Positions 72,481-85,100 of a stretch of 248,000 nucleotides of DNA are shown here, in pieces. Location of the stretch: contig VRVR01000013.1 of assembly GCA_009859145.1 (NCBI GenBank), forward strand, positions 144,001-392,000. Reading direction: 5' to 3'. Made by a program: the position numbers and the translations under genes. Each line of letters begins with the position of its first letter. Within the stretch, counting starts at the first letter, position 1. The notes under the pieces are model-generated. The model searched no databases. It was not told the DNA's origin and saw only the letters and a program-made list of their open reading frames with translations. Origin of the DNA: Andalucia godoyi And28. Lineage: Eukaryota; Protista; Jakobida.

Positions 72481-73080
72481 ATGAGTCGCATTTCAGAACC
72501 CACGCACATGTCGGGGCTTGAATCGATCTTGTCGAAGGCGGAAGAACTAGACTATGACGCCGCTTGCTTTCAAAGGGTCCCTCCTTCCGTCATCAACAGC
72601 AGTCTTGGAATCACTGACATGGTGGACGATGTCTTGAGTGTCCAGTCAGAGATTTTGCAACTATTGTATTCGCAATCAGAGTTAGGCCTGTTCGTTCGCA
72701 CCAGCTTTTTGACTCAGCCTTCGCACCTCAATCTACGCATCGATGAACTTCAAATGACCATGGATTTGCTGTCGTCCGTTCTGAGTAAGCGACACTATCT
72801 TGTAAGCAGGTTGCAATCCCCCATCACAGATGATGTGCTTCCTGTGGAATGGGAGTACCGAGAAAGCTTCCTCAGTGCCATATTCAAAGCCTTTTCGTTC
72901 CAGGACGAATTTCGAGAAGTCATGTCCATTCTTCAAGAATTCAAGTCGGCCGAATACCCTTCTGCCGATGTGGATGCTCGGCTTCGTTCGCTGAAAGAAG
73001 GGCTTGTGAAAATGCAACAGTATCACGATCTGTTGCTTGCAATTCGGGGCTTGGTCGACGATTTGTACACAAAATCTTGA
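72481..73080 (+). CDS. HAUS/augmin subunit 2-like
   Basis: LVSRLQSP..LPVEWEYRESF resembles AUG2. Confidence 0.6.
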   Translation: MSRISEPTHMSGLESILSKAEELDYDAACFQRVPPSVINSSLGITDMVDDVLSVQSEILQLLYSQSELGLFVRTSFLTQPSHLNLRIDELQMTMDLLSSVLSKRHYLVSRLQSPITDDVLPVEWEYRESFLSAIFKAFSFQDEFREVMSILQEFKSAEYPSADVDARLRSLKEGLVKMQQYHDLLLAIRGLVDDLYTKS

Positions 73081-73098
73081 TTTTCGACCTTTGTAGTC

Positions 73099-73235
<137 letters not shown>

Positions 73236-73687
73236 TTTCTTGGATTTTGAACCGGTAGCGAGCATGTGGGTATTAGCACCCATCGTCCTGCACGCATTGT
73301 AGCCCCATGCTTTATCCCTTTATCCCACTCGCCGAGACATTTCAGTCTTTTCTGTTTCCGTTCCTCATTTTTTAATTCTTCCCCAGTCCATCGTCATTTG
73401 TTTTTTGTTTTTATTTGTTTTGTTGTTGTTTTCTGTTGTGTCTTTTGTTTTGGTTTATGCAGCTCAGCATTAATCAATAGAATGTTGTTTCGTCTGGTGT
73501 CGTCCTAGGATTGTCCCTTGGGCGTTGGCGATGGGTATTATATCCATTTCTCCTGCGATACCGCAAGAACAACTGATCAGTACTGGTATGCGAAGACGAC
73601 TTAAAGCTGACAACTACTGCTGCATTCATTTTACATACTGCACACACTGGAACAAAAATTCTCGTAGACAAATCGGTGTCACATTCT

Positions 73688-74956
73688 TTAGAAAGAAACG
73701 GCCTCGCCGACGGAAGCGAGGACAGCCTTCTTGAGAATGCCCGACAGCTCAGATTCGATTCGCTGAGGAAGTGGAGTCTTGTGCTGTGCGTTGTATTCCT
73801 TTTGGATGGCACCCCAATCGACTCCACGACGACGAACAACAGTTCGGATAAGAGCGGCTTCGTCGCATCCCAAACCCTCCATTGCGTCTTCCAACTTTGT
73901 GGCGAAGAAGTTGGCCTTGTTCATGTTGAACGCAAGGATGGATCGAAGTGCCTTGTCCATCGAACCAGAGAAGCACTTCGGAATCGCCTTGAAAAGATCG
74001 TGCTGCTTGGGTGAAAGCTCCAGATACTTGCTGTTCAGGGCAGCAAGATGGGCAGCAGAACGGTTGCCGAAAACCTGGATGAACGGGGCCTCGTCCGTTC
74101 CGAGCATCTTGCCCTCTCCTGCGTTGTACAAGTTCATGGCATCCTGCTGGACCTGCTGAACATCCACTGCAGACGATTCGTCACGCTGACCAAGAGAAAC
74201 AACAGTCAAGAGCTGTTTGATGGAGCCAGACAGGACCTTTCCGAGCTTCTCGCCAAGAGTGTTCTTGGTATCGAGCTTGCTGTACGCAGCAATAAGTGCC
74301 TTGATTTCCGCATTCGATGACGAGCACAGAATTTCGACAATGACGTTCTCGTCGGTTGACAAGCCCTTCATCGCTTCATCGAGCAACTCTGCCTGGTACA
74401 CAACAGGGTCTTCCAGAAGAGCGAGAAGGAAGGTGCGGAAGTTGCCCGAGGTGCCCTTGGAAATCGACTTCACGGCATCCTTTCCATAGTTGGACATGTA
74501 CACCTGCTTGAAGATCTGAAGATGGGCGTTCGAGCGCGGTGCAATCACCGACGCAATCTTTGCGTCATCCGTCAAGAGACCAGAGAGCGCGCTGTAAACC
74601 ACCGCTGCATCATCAACTGCTTGCTTCTTGGCTGACTCCTCAAGCTTGAGCGCCTCCATTGCCTTGCGGGCGGCTTCCTGCTTTGCCTTCTGCTCAGCAT
74701 CCTTCTCGGCATTCTGGGCATCCTTGATGTTCTGCAGTTCCTCCTGGGCAGACTTGAGCGCATTTTGAACGTCCTGCAACTGCTGGCGAGCACGTGAAAG
74801 ATCAAGCTCAGACTTTTGAAGAGCCTTCTTGGTGTTCTCAAGCTCACGGCGGGTCTGCTCATGAGCCTGCTTCTCGCTCTCCAGAGCCTTTGCATCCTTG
74901 TCAAGACCAAGAGATGACTGAAGCTTATCAGAAGTGGATTTCAAGAAATTTGCCAT
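73688..74956 (-). CDS. Annexin with N-terminal coiled coil
   Basis: Four annexin repeats (AMKGLSTDE, GTDE, AMEGLGCDE). Confidence 0.9.
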   Translation of the reverse strand: MANFLKSTSDKLQSSLGLDKDAKALESEKQAHEQTRRELENTKKALQKSELDLSRARQQLQDVQNALKSAQEELQNIKDAQNAEKDAEQKAKQEAARKAMEALKLEESAKKQAVDDAAVVYSALSGLLTDDAKIASVIAPRSNAHLQIFKQVYMSNYGKDAVKSISKGTSGNFRTFLLALLEDPVVYQAELLDEAMKGLSTDENVIVEILCSSSNAEIKALIAAYSKLDTKNTLGEKLGKVLSGSIKQLLTVVSLGQRDESSAVDVQQVQQDAMNLYNAGEGKMLGTDEAPFIQVFGNRSAAHLAALNSKYLELSPKQHDLFKAIPKCFSGSMDKALRSILAFNMNKANFFATKLEDAMEGLGCDEAALIRTVVRRRGVDWGAIQKEYNAQHKTPLPQRIESELSGILKKAVLASVGEAVSF

Positions 74957-76124
74957 TTTTCAAAGAGTGCGTTCAATTCGAAGAGTTTAGAACAACCAAG
75001 AATACGACGAAGAAAAGAGAAGAAGAAAGAAGAAGAAGAAAGAAAAAGATGAAGAAGAAGAAGAAGAATGAATGGAGGAAAATGTTGAGGAAGAAACGAT
75101 TGATCTGCACGAAGAGCTGGCTGGCGGCGGAAACTTGACGCCGGGGGGGCAGTTGGCAATGCGCTGATTGGGAGAGCCCCAGAGGATTCTCCTTTCCGAA
75201 TCGGTGATGTGTCGGACCAGATGGCAGATGCCCGTACAACGCATTCAGAAGCCCACCCGATTGCTCATCGACCTAGTGCGCAAACCGCCGCAGAAAGAAA
75301 AAGAAGAAAAAGAGTTGATAACGAGCTATACATACAAAGAACGGGGGGGTTTGCAAAAACACTCTGGTTTTGGGTGCTTTTTTGTCGTTGTTTTTTTCTT
75401 TTGTCTTGAGCTACAGTGCTTGTTGATGGTTTGAACAGGGACCGGATTTTATAACAGCTGATATGAAAGTTGAGTGATGACCGTTTTGCATTCAATTGTC
75501 TCTCTCTCTTTTTTTTTTTTTTGGGCTCAAGACGACCCACGGGTGACTGCGCTGCTCGATCTGAGTTTTGTTTGTTTGTTTGTTTGTTTGTTTGTTTGTT
75601 TGTTTGTTGTGTCGCTTACCCTGTAAAAATAGATATGCATTCGTTTGTGCTTCTCTCTGTTTGTACGTATTTTTTCCCCCATAGTGAAACACGTTATTAA
75701 TTAATCAGTCTGGTTGCTGGGGCTGCAAACCCCGTGGGTACGAGTTGCCGAAACGCTTGCAAAAATGGCACATGTTCGTCAGTGCCCACCCACCCAATCC
75801 CCGTCCCCGTTCAGACCCGGTCGGCGGTCGGCTCAGCAAAGTGCAAAACTGCGGGCCGTGTAAGCAAGCAGAAGAGTGTCGAGGCCTGTCAAAGACTGAC
75901 GTGACAGCGGGATGATTGGTTCTGAAGTGTTCAGTTTGCTCAGACGTCGCCTCCAATGAAACCGTCATTGGGTCACCGTTTCCTACCCTTTTCGTGTTTT
76001 CGGAAAAAGCCCAAAAATCATGGGACCTTTTGGCGGGCTCACCCAGTTCAACCAGTCCCCAAGCTTAATTTTTTCTTAAACGACGGCATCTTCTGTTTGT
76101 GGGAATTTTAAGTATCAAATTTTC

Positions 76125-79100
76125 TTGTGCTTTCGGTACGTGTTGCTGCTGGCCTGCGTCATGTCACACAGTGAAAATACTCGGGATATCCCGCAACGAC
76201 CCACGAGTCAATCCAGCAATTCCTCTCAGCGGAACTCTGGAGTGGATTCCAAATCGGAATCGAGACTTGCGTCAGCGATTCAGAAAATATCCGGCCAGAA
76301 TGAGAAAATCGCTTCCGACCATCGTTTGGCAGCGGCAGAGAAGACGCGAAAGCATTCTTCTTACGAGGCCCCCTTGCAGAAGGTCCCTAAATTGCTGCAC
76401 GCCCGAATTCCCGGTACGTTGAAATCCATGCACTCCTTAAATGACTCTGCTTTCAGCACGTCTTTTTTTGCCGATCCTCCTGTAATGCCATCAAGAAACA
76501 TTGTTCAGCTTCTTGATAGAGCTCGGTCCCCAACAGATGTGTCTCGTGTGCTGAATTCTTCTCACGGAACCCGTGCTCGATCCGTGGACCCATCCAGCTC
76601 CACTTCGTTTCGGGATGGTGCAGTCGTGGACTATGGTGGACAAGGTTTGCTGGAGAATCGTCCGTCGTCTCGTTCTTCTGTTGTTTCTTTGCTTCGAAGG
76701 AATTCTCTGTCCAGAAATCGAAATTCGTCGAGCCGAGGGTCTGTCCGTCCTGGCACTTCCGCCGGAAGGCTTTCTGAGGCGCCATCATCTTTCATCGATG
76801 TTTCCAATCGCCGGCTTCATGAAAAGAGCGCTGCTGCCAGCTCTTCCAGCTCTGTCATACGTGGTCCGCGCTTGACAGAACGGATTGGTTCGAATTTTTC
76901 TCCAGCGCTCGCGGGATCTTTAGCGACGGATTCCAGTGTGTCTGTCGACGAACTCGATATTGTTGATCAGGTGATGGCACACCTTCCTTTGGAATATTTT
77001 GACGATCCCGATTATGAGACAATGGATCTCACCCGGATTATTTCCGAGGCAAAGGAAAATGGGATGTCTGTGTCGGGCTTCACAAAGTTTTTCAGAAATG
77101 ACGGAGAATTTAGCTGGGAGCCATGCTGTATTGTTGACTTTGATGCCGTTGAATCGCTGTTTCATGTTGTTTTCACAGAGTTCAGAGACGTTAATGGAAA
77201 CTGTCTTTCCAAGAGTGTTCGCCGGCTGAATGTTCGTCTTGCGGATGAATCGGAATTCTGGTTTGCGAGTCGCGTGGCGTCCGCGGAAGGGTATCGTGTG
77301 GAATTTGAACAACAGCTGCGGACCCAAATGTATCTTGATAGATTACCTGACGAGCTAGTAACGCAGTTCCCACAGTCTTTTCTTGAAAGCATTATCGAAA
77401 GGTCTAGAGTTTCTCGATCTGTTCCTAAATCACTGCGTGCGTTCACGGAAAATTTTGTCGATGAGATGGTGATTGATTTCTCTCGCGCGGTGAAGAAAGC
77501 TCACATTGAGTATTGTCGTTTATCAGATCCCGATCTTGATCGAGAGTGTCGAAAATTGAATCTTCTTCCTATTTCTACTTTTGTTTCGGTTCATCGCGTG
77601 CCTGCACCGTTTTCTACCGTTCTTATGGTTCCTGGAATGGGGCCAGAAGTGTTTGAAGGGAAAAGACGTCAAGTGGACGCAGCATTTCTGTTGGAACCAA
77701 AAGTATTCTCGTGTATTTCGTCGCTGCAAGATTATCTTCGACAGATTCGTCCGCTCATGTTTCTTCCTCGCTTTCCCGAACATCTCGCGCAAGAGGATAA
77801 CACAGCTGGAATCCGAACAGTCAATTGGTTTGATTTTGAGAAGCTACAAATTTCCCAATTGAAAGAGAACATGGCGTTGCTTGCGTCGGATTGGGCATCT
77901 TCAGCGGAGAGTTTGATTTTGGAGTATCTCTTCGATGACATTGATTTTTACGCACAGGAAATACCGAGGTTTCGCACCACTGCTGCTGGTAAGTTGGAAA
78001 ATTTTGTGTATTTTCTGATGCGCAATACTGTCCGTCGGTTTGTAGATGATACATTGCATGTTTTTCATGAGTTTTTCGCGCAATATTCTTTGGATTCTGC
78101 AGCGACGGCACCTCCATCCCTAACCTCCATCCCATTATTCTATATGGTGGTAGGGAGCGAAAATGTCTCGGACGGAACGTCAGTGTTGACGTTTTCTCCG
78201 TCGCTGAATGCAATGCAGGCGACAGTAGAACGTTATCTTGCCGATCTGTGCCATCTTTCGGGTACGTCATTCCTTCGAATGGACAGCATTCTCTTTCCAG
78301 TAATGGGCTTTTCCAGGTCGTTCATTCCATCTGCAGAGGTCTCCGATGCAAGTGTGGTAACGGTGCGTGATGCGGTTGCAGCTATTTTGATGCAGAATGT
78401 GGATGCCTTGAACGAGACCTTTTCTCAGCTGAAGGTTCTTGTTGATGCGTTGAGTGCAGACTGTGAAACGTTCTGTGAAAAATTCAAAGGAATGGACATC
78501 CGAGACAGCATGCAAGTGCAACGTCTATGTGGGGAACTTGAGAGAATGAGGGAGATCTCCGTGAAAGTTCGGTTTTCTCTTTCCAGCACGCTCCCGTGCA
78601 ACATGTTTTTTGTGGACTGCACCAAATTGAAAGATGATTTGTATAAGCGTGCTGAGCTGCTCATCCGCTCATTGATTTGCTGCTTCCAAGACAGCATCAT
78701 GTCCGAGTCAAGTCGCATTGTGGTTGAAAGCGATGCGCTGAAACAGAGGATTCTCACCATCCCGAAGGACCCTGAGGATATGGTGCTGATTCAACGCTTC
78801 GTGGAAGACAACAGAGGTGCGATGGCTCAAGTTCGAACAGACGTCAGAAATCTTCAAGAAGTCGTTGACCTTTCTGCTGCGTATCATTGTGAGCTTCCTG
78901 CAGAACCTTTGAAGGCGTTCTTCGCTGCGCTCGAGTGTCCTCTTGCGTTGTCTCGATCTGTTGATACGGCAGCGGACATATATGAAGAAAAGAAATCCGA
79001 GTTCATTGACCAACTGTTGAAAGATAATGTTGAGCTGACAGGCGACTTTGACAGTGTGGTCGTCGAAATCGATAGCTTTGTGGAGTACACTCGTCTTGAG

Positions 79101-82100
79101 GATGCAGCAAAGGCCTCTGAATTTGCTGCGCATGTGCGAACCAGACTGCAGGATCTGGAAAGCAGGTCGAATTTGTATCGATCTCGGGAATCACTTTTCA
79201 ATCTGCATCCAACGGACAGAACTTTGCTTGTGGATTTGAAAAAATCGTTCGGTCCGAACGATTTGCTGTGGTCCACTGCCTGGGCGTTCTTGAAAGTACT
79301 TCCGGACTGGATGGATGGTCCTTTTGTGCACTTAAATGCTCCAGAGATTGATACGTCTCTGAAAGCATGGATCAATGCCGCTCATTCTGCGTCTTCGTCA
79401 TTCAAATACCGTCCCCAAATGCTCGATCTTACTACTGATTTGATTTCCAAACTTTCTGATTTTGCAGTTCATCTGCCGTTGATCAAATACCTTCGACACC
79501 CAGGATTGAAAGCTCGGCATTGGAAAGAAATCGAAGCTGTTATTGGGATCAATATCCCGTCTGATGAAACTGTAGCGCTCTCCACGATTCTGGAGAAACA
79601 TCTTGCTGACTCGCAGATTGAACAACTGAGACAGATTGCGGACACTGCCAGTCGTGAATTTGCACTGGAGAGGTCACTTGATAGAATGCAAAATGAGTGG
79701 AAGACTGTGGTTTTCTCATTTTCCGACTTTCAGATGGCAAATGTTCGCACGCTGACTGGTGTTTCTGCGATTATGGATCTTCTAGATGATCATATTGTGA
79801 GGACTCAGAGCATCATCAGTAGTCCGCATGTTGGACCCTTTCTGGATCGTTCTCAGAGATGGATTGTGAAACTGGTTCGTGCTCAAGAGATTTTGGAAGT
79901 TTGGATGCTCTGTCAAAAACAGTATTGCTATCTGCAGCCCGTGTTCTCTTCCGAGGATATTCAAAAGCAGTTGACAGCAGAAGCGAAGAGGTTTTCTTTT
80001 GTCGACCGATCATTCCGCAGAATCATGGAAGACGCTTTCCGACATCCGAACGTGTTGTCATTTTGTTCAAATGATAATCTCCACAAGGCGTTGTCCGACA
80101 ACACGCAGCAACTTGACGCAATCCTAGCAGGCCTGCAGGATTACTTGGAAATCAAGCGCTTGTCGTTCCCTAGATTGTTCTTCTTGTCCAATGATGAATT
80201 GCTTTCTGTGCTTTCGGAGACGAAAGACCCGCGAAGAATTCAGCCTCATCTTCGCAAGTGTTTCGAGGGCATCGATGCTGTGAATTTCGACGCCGGATCA
80301 AGAATCACTGCCATACATTCCAAGGCTGGAGAACAAATCAACCTGCTGACTGCCGTCGATCCTCGAGAGCATGATAACATGGTTGAAAGATGGTTGCGTG
80401 TTCTCGAGTTGTCCATGCAAGAAACCATTCGCCTTCAAATTCATTCTTGTCTGGAGAATCGCACGCGTGCTGTCCGAGAGGAGTGGCTGCTGCAATGGCC
80501 GTCGCAGATGGTGCTTCTTGTCTCGCAAATCATGTGGACCCGCGAGATTGCCAAATGCCTGGAATTCGAGGGACGAAAAGGCCTTGCACGATACGTGGAA
80601 GTGCAGGAAAAGCAATTGAGATTGTTGGTCGAGCTGGTTCGATCGAAGAACGCCCTGCTACCTCGTGAAATGCAAACCGTTGGCTCCATGATTGTTCTCG
80701 ATGTGCACGCTAGGGATGCGGTTTCCCAGATGATAGTTGAGAAGGTCGACTCTGCCGACGATTGGTCATTCTTATCTCAAATGCGATGCTATTGGGATTC
80801 CGAAGGGGCGGTTCGATCGTCCATTCGAGGCGATGTCAAGGTGCGGATGATGCATGTTTCTCTTGACTACGCTTACGAATATGTGGGTAATCAACCCCGG
80901 CTCGTCATAACACCGCTAACGGATCGCTGTTTCCGCACTCTCATGGGTGCATTGCACGTGCATCTCGGAGGCGCCCCCGAAGGCCCTGCGGGAACTGGTA
81001 AGACGGAGACGACAAAGGATCTTGCAAAGGCTATTGCTAAACACTGCGTCGTGTTCAACTGCTCCGACGGGCTTGACTATGTGGCAATGGGAAAGTTTTT
81101 CAAAGGACTTGTTGGTGCAGGTTCTTGGTGTTGTTTGGATGAGTTTAATAGAATTGATCCAGAAGTCCTTTCTGTCGTTGCACAGCAGATTCTCTCCATT
81201 CAGCAGGCAGTGCTTGGTCAGAAAGATATTATTGTTCTGGAAGGAACTACGTTGAAGATTGATAGTTCTTGTGCGGTCTTCATTACCATGAACCCGGGAT
81301 ATGCAGGCCGTGCAGAACTTCCCGACAATTTGAAGGCTTTGTTCCGACCAGTGGCTATGATGGTTCCCGACTATACCCTAATTTCGGAAATTTCTCTTCT
81401 TTCGAGTGGATTCCAGAGCGCAAAAGCACTGTCACATAAGATGGTGGTCCTATTCAAACTGTGCGCTGAACAGCTTTCTCCTCAGACACATTACGACTAT
81501 GGAATGAGGGCTGTGAAGGCAGTTCTGAATGCTGCCGCTCTTTTCAAGTCGAATTCATTTGATGACGAAGAATCTATTCTAGTGCGGGCTATTCATGCTG
81601 TCAATTCTCCAAAGTTTTTGGAAGAAGATGTTGCCTTATTCAATGGTATAGTTGCAGATTTATTTCCACATCGCAGCTTCGAGGAAAAGGATGTTTTGTT
81701 GGATCGGGCTCTCCAGAGTGCGATTTCTGAGAGGACTCTCATTCCTTCTGATTACTTTGTCGCAAAATGCAAGCAATTAGTGCATACGTTGGAAATTCGT
81801 CATGGAGTCATGCTTGTGGGCCTCCCGATGAGCGGGAAATCTTCAGCAATACGTACCGTCGAACGCGTCTCGGTCCATTTAAAGAACGTTCCGACAATTT
81901 GTGCGACGGTGAATCCTAAATCTGTTAGTTCCCATCAGTTATTTGGATATCTTGATTCTGTCACTCATGAATGGCGGGATGGCATATCGTCTTCCATCTT
82001 TCGTGACTTGGCGATCAGCAAGGATTCTTCGCAAAAGTGGCTTGTGTTCGACGGTCCGGTGGACTCCCTGTGGGTTGAATCCATGAACACTGTCCTCGAT

Positions 82101-85100
82101 GACAACAAGAAGCTCTGCCTGGTATCCGGAGAAACCATTCCAATGTCTCCCACCATGCGAATTCTTTTCGAGGTTCGAGATCTTGCCGGGGCATCGCCGG
82201 CAACCGTTTCTCGTTGTGGTATGGTGTATCTTGAGCCATCTCAGCTGGGGTGGAGAGCTCTTGCTCAATCATTCTTGCTTCGGCTGAAAGTTGCAGTTGT
82301 TACAGGAAGGATCACCAACACGGTTGAGGAAGATACCGTCGAGATGCTGCCTGTTCAGTTCCTTTCGGAGGAGGAATGGGTTCGACTCGAAGTGACTTTC
82401 CTTGGGTTTTGTGACACGGTGCTATCATCATCTGTTGACTTTTGTCACTCTGCAGACCCGCAGTCGTCCGTTGCGAATGCTCTCATGTCGAGTTTCTTGC
82501 ACCTCCTCGACAGTTCGTGGACAAAAGGAGTGGACTACGATTTGTTGTTGTTGCGAGATGGTTTGTTGCTTGCAAATACTTTGGTGTTTGCCTGTCTGTG
82601 GACATTTGGTGCGTCGTTGGACACAATGTGGAAGGGGAAATTTGAAGCAGTGTTTCGGCATTCTCTTGCAAAGTTTTCCCCCTCTCTTCCATTCACTTTC
82701 ACTGGGCCTTTGATGGATGAGTCTTTGTTTGATCAATGTTTCTGTCCTGAAACGAGACGTTGGACTTCATGGATATCGTATGCTTCTCCGTGGAATTTCG
82801 TTTCGAGCGATGAAGATGTCAGGTCTGTTCGCCAAGTGTATGTTCCGACTGCAGTGACATGCGCATCGTTGTACCTGTCAAATTTGCTATTGTCAAAGGG
82901 TCATTCGGTGCTATTGAAAGGAGCACCTAGCGTTGGGAAATCAGTCATTGCAAGAACTCTGATGTCCAAAAAATCCAATGACTTTGTGGATATTCCGATT
83001 TTCCTTTCCGGCAAAGTTGCCCCGTCTGATGTCCAGCGCCGCATCGAACTTCGACTGGAGAAGAGACGCCATGGTGTCTATGGTCCTCCCCTCGGCAAGC
83101 GAGCGGTTGCCTTTGTCGAAGATCTGCACATGCCAATTCCAGATTCCTCGGGTTCAAAGCCACCTCTGGAACTAATCCGACAGTGCCTAGATCATGGTGG
83201 GTGGTACGATTTGAAGTCCTCGCAGTTTCGTCGTATCGAGGATATGTGCTTCTTGGGAACTTTCAGCGTCTCTCGTTCCAAGGATGGCATAGAAGTCTCC
83301 AAGAATGCGGATGATCGATTGCTGCGCCATTTCCATTCGATTGTTGTTGATCCGGTGGACTCCGATTCCCTTACAACGCTGTTTGTCCAGGCTGTTTGTC
83401 ATGTTGCTCGTCGCTCATCACTTATGTTGCTGCACGATATCGTTCGGTCTGCAATCGACTTGTACGGGCGGATGTCTCACATCTTTCTTCCAACTCCGTC
83501 TAGATCACACTATGTGTTCGGTATCAAAGATCTTGCTGATGTATTTGACGGCCTGCTGCATTGTTGGCCGTCGCTCACGGATGCAAAAGATTTGGCCTCT
83601 GGAAAACCGCTTTCTCGCCTCTGGCTGCACGAGTGTGCACGCGCCTTTTCTGACAAACTTGTTTGCGACTCTGACCTCCGGGCGTATGCAGCTGCAGTTG
83701 CTGAGGTGAGCAAGTCATTCCCCCTGGTTCTTCCTTTGGAAACAGTTTCCATCTTTGCTGCCCATCCCACATTCTTTATTACTTCTGGACCTACGGACAG
83801 TTATGTTGAGTGCCAGAATACTGCTGACCTATATGAAAACATTCACAGTTTGTTGCCGAATATGGCGGCAGCAACGCTGAAAGTCGGTTCCTCTGCGCAA
83901 GGCAATGCTTACATACCGTTTTCCTATTCTTTGGAACACGTCAGCAGAATATCCCGAATTCTTGGGAACGTCTCCGGGCATGCGTTGTTGGTTGGTGTTG
84001 GAGGATCCGGTCGGCGAACCTGCGCCAGACTAGCTGCGCGTTTGCGAAAGTTTGATGTAACTGAAATCGTCCCCTCAACAAAGTACAGCTTCCGGGAATG
84101 GAGAGATGATTTGAAACGAATCGTAAGCCAGACCGGTTCTCGCTCTATTCGTTCTGTTTTCCTTCTTACGGATGATGAGGTTCCACGATCTGATCGAGCT
84201 TGGGAAGATGTACATTTACTCCTTGCTGTTGGTGAAATTCAGGATCTTTTCGCCGATGATGAGTGGCCAATGCTTTTGGAGCCCCTTCGGCAGACGGCTC
84301 CCCAATCACACATGGAGCGCCTCAAGAAGATGTTTTGGCAAAATGTTCGCTCACATCTTCGTTTGGTCTTGTGCTTGTCACCATCTGACATGCACCGCTT
84401 CCGAGAGAAGCTGCGACTTGTCCCATCTCTTCTTCGTTGCTGTACCATTGATTGGTTCCATAACTGGCCCAGCAATGCATTGCAAGCTGTTGCAGCACAG
84501 TCTGTGCCTTCTGTTCTTAGTTACGCTCGCGACGAAGTACTGAATTCTGCGGTGGTTAAATGTTGCGTTGAGTTGCATCAGTCCGTTGAGTCCGGCGTCC
84601 CTTCGCAGTTCTTTTTGTTCCTGTCATCTTTCGCTTATCTTCTTATGAAGGGCAGAAAGAAACTGTTATTTTCAAAGGAACGGTATGAACTCGGACTTAC
84701 TCGATTGCATGACACCGAAGAGGTCATTCAGGAACTTCAAAATGCTCAAGAACTTTTGTTTCCTGTGTTGGAGAAGACTCGTCGAGAAACACTGGCCTTG
84801 ATGACGTCTATCAGTGCAGAACGTGGCAGGGTGGACGAGACTGCAAAGCAGGTGGCTATCGAAGAAGGCTTTGCGGCAGAACAGGCAGAAGCTCAGAAGT
84901 CGATTCGTGATGAATGTGAGCAGGATCTTGCAAAAGCACTCCCAGCACTTGAAGCTGCTTTGGCAGCATTGCGAAGTCTGGATCGGTCCAAGATCGCAGA
85001 AGTGAAGGCCATGAAGAACCCTTCTGAAGGAGTGCGCCTTGTAATGGAAACCGTCTGCCATATGTTTGACGTACCACCCTCTAAGATCTCAACTGATGTT

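Noticed and set aside
75700-76060. GC-rich stretch upstream of the dynein gene as an ncRNA
   Set aside because: No recognisable snRNA or snoRNA boxes and no repeat copy.
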